In this document: one piece after another, positions 8,180 through 12,450 of the stretch
Layout of the letters: each line of letters opens with the position of its first letter
Numbering within the stretch: the stretch's first letter is position 1
Origin: Candidatus Nanohaloarchaea archaeon
GTDB lineage: Archaea > Nanohalarchaeota > Nanosalinia > Nanosalinales > Nanosalinaceae
DNA: 12,450 bases
Reading direction: 5' to 3'
Assembly: GCA_042217585.1 (NCBI GenBank)
Contig: JBDGSJ010000031.1
Coordinates: 1-12,450, forward strand
The notes under the pieces: model-generated
What the model was told of the DNA's origin: nothing
Databases searched by the model: none
What the model saw: the letters and a program-made list of their open reading frames with translations, nothing else
Translations under genes and position numbers: made by a program

Positions 8180-8532
8180 CTTTTTCCACGTTCGCTGGGC
8201 CTTGAGGTTATCTTCACTATCTCGCGCTGGAAGTATATCACGCCCACAAGCGATATCACCGCGAGAGAGGCAGGTCCGTACCTGAAAGCCACACCGGTGA
8301 CGTCGAACCCGGCTCCCACCATTATACCTATCGCCGAGGAACCCAGGCCGTAGAAGAGCAGGGTGAAAGCCATTATCTTGAAGGCCCTGGGGGCTCTTTC
8401 GCTAACAAGGAACATGCTCATCGATATCTCCTCGTGGGAGAGGAAGTTATCGAGTGTGCGGTAGTAGTAATAGTAGAGCGTCAGGGCCTCGATTATCAGC
8501 GCGATACCGAGTAACCCGAATATGATCTTCAT
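8176..8532 (-). CDS. Hypothetical 3-TM membrane protein, type B copy 1 (118 aa)
   Basis: Start ATG 8532 overlaps the upstream stop (TGATG), with GGAGGAGG SD; loop motif FLSHEEISMSMFLVSERAPRAFKIM; paralog of 9756-10124. Confidence 0.82.
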   Translation of the reverse strand: MKIIFGLLGIALIIEALTLYYYYYRTLDNFLSHEEISMSMFLVSERAPRAFKIMAFTLLFYGLGSSAIGIMVGAGFDVTGVAFRYGPASLAVISLVGVIYFQREIVKITSRPSERGKR

Positions 8533-8849
8533 CAAAACCTCCTCCACCAGCTGTAGACCACGTAGAAGAGCAGGGTGGCGTAGACTCCTCCTGTAAGGTT
8601 TGAGAATGAGATCACCAGGCCCTGACGCGTGACCATGCTCGACATGCCGTACATCGCCCCGGCCATGGCCACGAACATCGTCCCGGCGGTGAGGACCGTG
8701 AACTCGTGCTTCACCGTCTCAGGCTTCAGCTGGAAGCTGGCCATCGCCTTTTCCTCCTGGTCCTCCAGCTTCCGGTAAATCATCAGCGCCAGCGCGGAGG
8801 CGCCGAGGACCGTCAGACCCGTGAAGAGGTAGAGGAACCTGAGGATCAT
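8532..8849 (-). CDS. Hypothetical 3-TM membrane protein, type A copy 1 (105 aa)
   Basis: Loop motif KLEDQEEKAMASFQL and C-terminal WWRRF; paralog of 10125-10454. Confidence 0.85.
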   Translation of the reverse strand: MILRFLYLFTGLTVLGASALALMIYRKLEDQEEKAMASFQLKPETVKHEFTVLTAGTMFVAMAGAMYGMSSMVTRQGLVISFSNLTGGVYATLLFYVVYSWWRRF

Positions 8850-8880
8850 ATTTATCGGTTCGTCGTTCTTCTTTTTACGT

Positions 8881-9723
8881 TTACTCTTTCAGCGACATGA
8901 TCTTCTCCAGGTTCTCTCTGTAACCCCTGTCCTCGCCGTCAGGTGTCTCCAGTATCATAGGCAGGTCCTCCAGTTCACCGGAGTTGATGACGTTCCTGAA
9001 GCCGTCCTCTCCGATTTTCCCTTTTCCTATGTGTTCGTGGTTGTCCTTCTCGGAGCCTTTCGGGTCCTTGGAATCATTGAGGTGGATGACCTTCAGCCAT
9101 TCAAGCCCGAGGTCCTTCTCCAGTTCCTGGACCATATCCCTGAACCCGTCTTCATCTCCAAGCTCATACCCGGCGGCGTGAGCGTGGCAGGTGTCGATAC
9201 ACACCCCGAGGTCCTCCTTTCCGGTTTCCGCCCGGTCTATCATCTCCCTGAGCTCTCCGAAACTCTTCCCCAGCGTCGTGCCCTTGCCTGCGGTGTTCTC
9301 GAGCAACAGGGTCACGGTCTCCGGTATGTCCAGCCGGTCGATGCCCTCCGCTATCCGGTCCAGTCCTTTTTCCCTTCCGCTGCCGGTGTGGGCGCCGGGG
9401 TGGAAGACAACGTATTCGACGCCGAGGGTTGACGCGGATTCGAGTTCTGACTGGAGGCATTTCAGTGATTTCTCGAAAAGGTCGTCTTTCGGAGTCGCAA
9501 GGTTCACGAGGTAAGTCGAATGTATCACGTAGGGGTTCTGATCTCTCTCACTGCGTTCCTCCCTGAACTTCTCGCCGTCCTCCTCGCTGTAATCTGAGAC
9601 GGACCAGGTCCTCGGCGAACCCGCGAATATCTGGCCGCAGTTCCCGCCGATCTCCTCCTGCCTCTCCACTGCTTTTTCTACTCCGCCCGATATTGATACG
9701 TGTGCGCCGACTCTGAAGGTCAT
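8881..9723 (-). CDS. nfo: Endonuclease IV (AP endonuclease)
   Basis: GAHVSISGG, QIFAGSPRTW, HSTYLVNLA, FHPG, LLENTAG, CIDTCHAHAAGY, HLNDSK, DNHEHIG and ILETP; Zn ligands present. TTTAATT 28 nt upstream of the ATG. Confidence 0.97.
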   Translation of the reverse strand: MTFRVGAHVSISGGVEKAVERQEEIGGNCGQIFAGSPRTWSVSDYSEEDGEKFREERSERDQNPYVIHSTYLVNLATPKDDLFEKSLKCLQSELESASTLGVEYVVFHPGAHTGSGREKGLDRIAEGIDRLDIPETVTLLLENTAGKGTTLGKSFGELREMIDRAETGKEDLGVCIDTCHAHAAGYELGDEDGFRDMVQELEKDLGLEWLKVIHLNDSKDPKGSEKDNHEHIGKGKIGEDGFRNVINSGELEDLPMILETPDGEDRGYRENLEKIMSLKE

Positions 9724-9755
9724 ATCAGGTCTTGTCCACCGTAGAATTAAACCGG

Positions 9756-10124
9756 TTACGGCTCACTGCTTTTGGCGGTCACATCGCTCACGTTCACAGT
9801 GAAGAACGCGAGCCCGAGGAACAGCACGAAACTGCTGAACAGGGCAAGAACTCCCAGCAGAGGATTGTTTATCCCCATTCCAAGGTTGCCGATGGCCATA
9901 CCCAGAGCAAATATTATCGCGGAGAAGGACATTATCCAGAAGGAGTAAGTCGCCTTCTCGTTCAGCGAGAACATGGTCAGCGAGTACTCGCGGTGGTCCT
10001 CGAAGTGCTGGACTATCTGGTAGCTGTAGAACGTCGTAAGCGAGAACAGCAGTGTACCGACGAGCGCCTGGAGCGGCATGTAGTACTCCATGAGGAGTTC
10101 AGCGAGCGCATATACTCCTGTCAC
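9756..10124 (-). CDS. Hypothetical 3-TM membrane protein, type B copy 2 (122 aa)
   Basis: GTG immediately after the upstream TGA, with GGAGGAGG SD; loop motif FEDHREYSLTMFSLNEKATYSFWIM; paralog of 8176-8532. Confidence 0.82.
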   Translation of the reverse strand: MTGVYALAELLMEYYMPLQALVGTLLFSLTTFYSYQIVQHFEDHREYSLTMFSLNEKATYSFWIMSFSAIIFALGMAIGNLGMGINNPLLGVLALFSSFVLFLGLAFFTVNVSDVTAKSSEP

Positions 10125-10454
10125 TCAGAACCTCCTCCACCACCGGACCAGTAGCAGGGTGAAAACCACCGTGTAAAGCGCCAGAGAGTACCTGCCCTGG
10201 AAGACCAGTATCTCGATTTTCGCCAGAGAACCATACCAGTACCCGAGAAACGAGAAGACCATCAGCAGGTTCGAGTAGAAAAATATCTTGAAGTCGGTTA
10301 TCGACCTGTCCTTCTGGAGCTGGAAGGTGGCCATCGCCTTCTCGTGGTCCTTCTTCAGCTTCCAGATCACCAGCGAGGAGACGACTCCGGCCGCAAGTGA
10401 GACCAGGCTGAAAACCACTCTGAAAGCCGTCAGCTGTTCCGGAGCCAAAATCAT
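10125..10454 (-). CDS. Hypothetical 3-TM membrane protein, type A copy 2 (109 aa)
   Basis: Loop motif KLKKDHEKAMATFQL and C-terminal WWRRF; TTATAAAA about 30 nt upstream; paralog of 8532-8849. Confidence 0.85.
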   Translation of the reverse strand: MILAPEQLTAFRVVFSLVSLAAGVVSSLVIWKLKKDHEKAMATFQLQKDRSITDFKIFFYSNLLMVFSFLGYWYGSLAKIEILVFQGRYSLALYTVVFTLLLVRWWRRF

Positions 10455-10512
10455 TTATTCAATTATTGCGTCCTTTATTTTATAAGCATTAAAGCGGAGC
10501 GGTGGAAAAACA
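10455..10512. promoter_or_regulatory. Divergent AT-rich promoter region (TTTTATAA 10478-10485; TTAAAG 10489-10494)
   Basis: 58-nt intergenic gap between divergent genes with TATA-like elements at archaeal spacing for both directions. Confidence 0.55.
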
Positions 10513-11241
10513 ATCAGGATAGTCTCCCTTGCTCCTTCGAACACTGAGATACTCTGTGCGCTCGGTTCGATAGACCAGATAGTCGCAACTACTTCTCTGT
10601 GCGATCACCCTCCTTCGGCGGTCCAGAAACCCTCCGTGGGGGGCTGGACCAGGGGGACAAAAGTCAAGGAGATCGAGGAGATGGATCCAGACATCTTGCT
10701 GGCCTCAGACGACCTTCAGGACAGTCTGGTGGACCGTCTCAGGGACCGATCGCTCGAGGTCAGGCAGTTCACACCTCACACGGTTGACGAGGTATGGGAA
10801 AGCATCATGGAGATAGGGGAACTGATCGGCAGGAAGGACCAGGCCTCCGCTCTTGTCTCAGATTTAAAGGAGGTGCTTGGAGGCTTCCATCTTGACGGCA
10901 GGATATACTGCGAGGAATGGATGGACCCTCCCATGGTATCCGGAAACTGGATTCCAGGCCTGCTGGAGAACTGTGGAGCCGAATACTTCATCGAAGAGGG
11001 GCAGAGAAGCAGAGAGTTCAGCCTGAAAGAGCTGAAGGATTTCGACCCGGAGTATATCTTTTTGAACGTCTGCGGCGCGGGAGAAACTGTCGAACCTGAA
11101 AAAGTAGGGGAGAGGGATTCCTGGAGAGATATCGAGGCGGTCAGAGAGAACAGGATCTACGTGGTAGATGACTCGCTCCTGAACCGTCCGGGACCACGGC
11201 TCGTAGAGGGAGTAAGAAAGATAGAAAGTAAGATGGAGTGA
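10513..11241 (+). CDS. BtuF-like cobalamin/metal-chelate binding protein (helical-backbone/TroA-like), no signal peptide; non-canonical or mutated start (ATC)
   Basis: The frame of ORF 10636-11241 extends upstream to (I)RIVSLAPSNTEILCALG...CDHP...VGGW, the typical family N-terminus; YCEEWMDPPMVSGNWIP and LLNRPGPRLVEG motifs. No ATG/GTG/TTG between the in-frame TAA (10483-10485) and 10636. Confidence 0.82.
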   Translation: MRIVSLAPSNTEILCALGSIDQIVATTSLCDHPPSAVQKPSVGGWTRGTKVKEIEEMDPDILLASDDLQDSLVDRLRDRSLEVRQFTPHTVDEVWESIMEIGELIGRKDQASALVSDLKEVLGGFHLDGRIYCEEWMDPPMVSGNWIPGLLENCGAEYFIEEGQRSREFSLKELKDFDPEYIFLNVCGAGETVEPEKVGERDSWRDIEAVRENRIYVVDDSLLNRPGPRLVEGVRKIESKME

Positions 11242-11242
11242 C

Positions 11243-11803
11243 TCAGGTGTCGTGGTCCATGTAGGGCTCTCCGTACTTGTCCCTGAGAAGGTTGACCGCG
11301 GCCTTCGCCCCGTCACCGATCGCGACCGATGTCTGGTACTCCCAGGAGTTCGCGAGCCCGGCGGCATAAATCTGTTCTCCAGCCCGGTTCGATTCATCGG
11401 TCTTCAGGTGCTGGTCCATGTAGTACTGTCCCTCAACGCCTTCCTCGAACTGGATGTCGAGCGGGTCCAGGAAGTCGTGGGAGCCGGCCGAGGCAACGAC
11501 TATGTACTCCGCCGTGTATTCCCCGTCCTCTGTTTCGACCCTGAAACCTTCGTCGGACCTCTCAACCGTGGTTACCTCGGTTTCCTTTCTTTCGCCGTCG
11601 AACTCTTCCAGCTTGTCCCTCCCTCTTTTCAGGAGTTCATGGCCGCCGATGGATTCATGGCCTATCAGGTTCTGGATGTTCGAGGTGTTGTAGACCAGGG
11701 ACTGGTCGTTGTCCAGGACAAGGGTCTCCTCGCCTGCTTTCGCGGTGAAGACCGCTGCCTGCAGACCTGAAACCCCTCCGCCTATGACGATGACGTCTTT
11801 CAT
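11243..11803 (-). CDS. Short thioredoxin-reductase-related FAD-dependent oxidoreductase (FAD domain only, 186 aa)
   Basis: DVIVIGGGVSGLQAA Rossmann motif, VVASAG, IYAAG...QTSVAIGDGAKAA; no NADPH domain or CxxC; YMDHD C-terminus. ATG 11803 preferred over TTG 11812. Confidence 0.85.
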   Translation of the reverse strand: MKDVIVIGGGVSGLQAAVFTAKAGEETLVLDNDQSLVYNTSNIQNLIGHESIGGHELLKRGRDKLEEFDGERKETEVTTVERSDEGFRVETEDGEYTAEYIVVASAGSHDFLDPLDIQFEEGVEGQYYMDQHLKTDESNRAGEQIYAAGLANSWEYQTSVAIGDGAKAAVNLLRDKYGEPYMDHDT

Positions 11804-11854
11804 GTATCCCAAACGGATCTGCGAGAGTTAAGTATCGTTCGAAAGGTCGCGTGT

Positions 11855-12232
11855 TCAGAAGACCCCTCCTATGTAGAGGACCGAAGCCGCCGCTATCCCT
11901 GCCGTAAGTGAATAAAGATGTATCTGGAACGCTTTGACAAGATCCTGCTTCCTGGCGAGAGGGTCCTCGATGCTGTTCCTTTCATCACCCGTCCCGGAGA
12001 CGTCATAAATACCCTTGTGCGCGAAACCTGCACAGAAGCCCATGTAGCCCTGGATGAAGCCCTCAGAACCGAGAGCAAACAGCATTCCCGCCACAACCGA
12101 GGAGGAAAGAGGTTCCAGAGGCGAAAAAACCGTCCAGGATGTCGCCGCCGCGATACCCGCGATTCCCAGCGCGTATCTTTTCCTTTTCTCCGCCTTCCCT
12201 ATGTTACAGATGCCCGGCTCGTAATCCGGCAT
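11855..12232 (-). CDS. Small membrane protein, DUF2892/YgaP-like candidate (CNIG..E..R and GFC motifs)
   Basis: YEPGICNIGKAEKRKR N-terminus, 3 hydrophobic segments, conserved-looking GFCAGF; family assignment tentative. Confidence 0.7.
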   Translation of the reverse strand: MPDYEPGICNIGKAEKRKRYALGIAGIAAATSWTVFSPLEPLSSSVVAGMLFALGSEGFIQGYMGFCAGFAHKGIYDVSGTGDERNSIEDPLARKQDLVKAFQIHLYSLTAGIAAASVLYIGGVF

Positions 12233-12255
12233 GACTCAGATAGACAGGTCTTCAC

Positions 12256-12298
12256 TGAAATAAGAAGGGGAAAAACCAGAGGCCGGGGGGGGGAGAGG
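12256..12298 (-). terminator. Putative pyrimidine-rich archaeal terminator after sod
   Basis: Minus strand CCTCTC9GGCCTCTGGTTTTTCCCCTTCTTATTT immediately after the sod stop, including a T5 tract. Confidence 0.4.
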
Positions 12299-12450
12299 TC
12301 ACTCGAACCGTCCCGTTACCTCCTGGTAACGTTCCTGAACATCGTTCCAGTCGATGACGTCGAAGAACCCTTCGATGAACTCTCCTCTACTGGGACCGTA
12401 GTCGTGGTAGTAACTGTGCTCCCAGACGTCGAGAGCCATGATCGGATGGG
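12299..12450 (-). CDS. sod: Fe/Mn superoxide dismutase, C-terminal end (partial)
   Basis: Manual translation HPIMALDVWEHSYYHDYGPSRGEFIEGFFDVIDWNDVQERYQEVTGRFE*; DVWEHSYY metal-binding signature, haloarchaeal-style DYGP..G..F. Confidence 0.95.
   Translation of the reverse strand, partial: HPIMALDVWEHSYYHDYGPSRGEFIEGFFDVIDWNDVQERYQEVTGRFE

Noticed and set aside
8462..8476. TAC/TAT repeat encoding YYYYY
   Set aside because: Mixed codons at a TM boundary; the paralog is also Tyr-rich here; not a true microsatellite.
9756..10454. Stop-codon readthrough fusing A2 and B2 (same frame, single TGA)
   Set aside because: The paralogous A1/B1 junction is out of frame (TGATG), and a strong SD precedes the B2 GTG; reinitiation is the simpler explanation.
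8532..10454. A-B duplicates as terminal repeats of a mobile element carrying nfo
   Set aside because: Identity is confined to short coding motifs; no transposase, integrase, inverted repeats or target-site duplication; looks like an old gene duplication.
12285..12293. G9 homopolymer as a phase-variation switch
   Set aside because: Lies right after the sod stop within a pyrimidine-rich (minus-strand) terminator-like tract; not in a CDS or an evident promoter spacer.
1..12450. CRISPR arrays, tRNA/rRNA, cobalamin riboswitch
   Set aside because: No regular repeat-spacer structure; the intergenic gaps show no such signatures and most are too short.

Overview
Gene-dense archaeal chromosomal segment encoding acidic proteins. 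Short intergenic gaps, TATA-type promoters with apparently leaderless starts, and haloarchaeal-like NrdJ and SOD suggest a halophilic archaeon, most plausibly a nanohaloarchaeon (DPANN); this taxonomy is an inference. Left to right: partial class II (B12-dependent) ribonucleotide reductase nrdJ and its repressor nrdR, preceded by a tandem pair of NrdR boxes; divergent PIN-ATPase-KH protein (PINA family); DUF389/TIGR00341 membrane protein; small 3-TM protein; convergent operon of a NYN/LabA PIN-fold protein and a 4xCBS + HPF/RaiA-like protein (Hib-type ribosome hibernation factor); GT-C (ArnT/PMT-like) glycosyltransferase; two copies of an uncharacterised, translationally coupled two-gene module of paralogous 3-TM proteins flanking endonuclease IV (nfo); a signal-peptide-less BtuF-like protein with ATC where its start codon is expected; a short TrxB-like flavoprotein; a small Cys-containing membrane protein; and the 3' end of an Fe/Mn superoxide dismutase. 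No CRISPR, RNA gene or mobile element was recognised. The best candidate for an undescribed system is the duplicated A-B 3-TM module linked to the GT-C glycosyltransferase.
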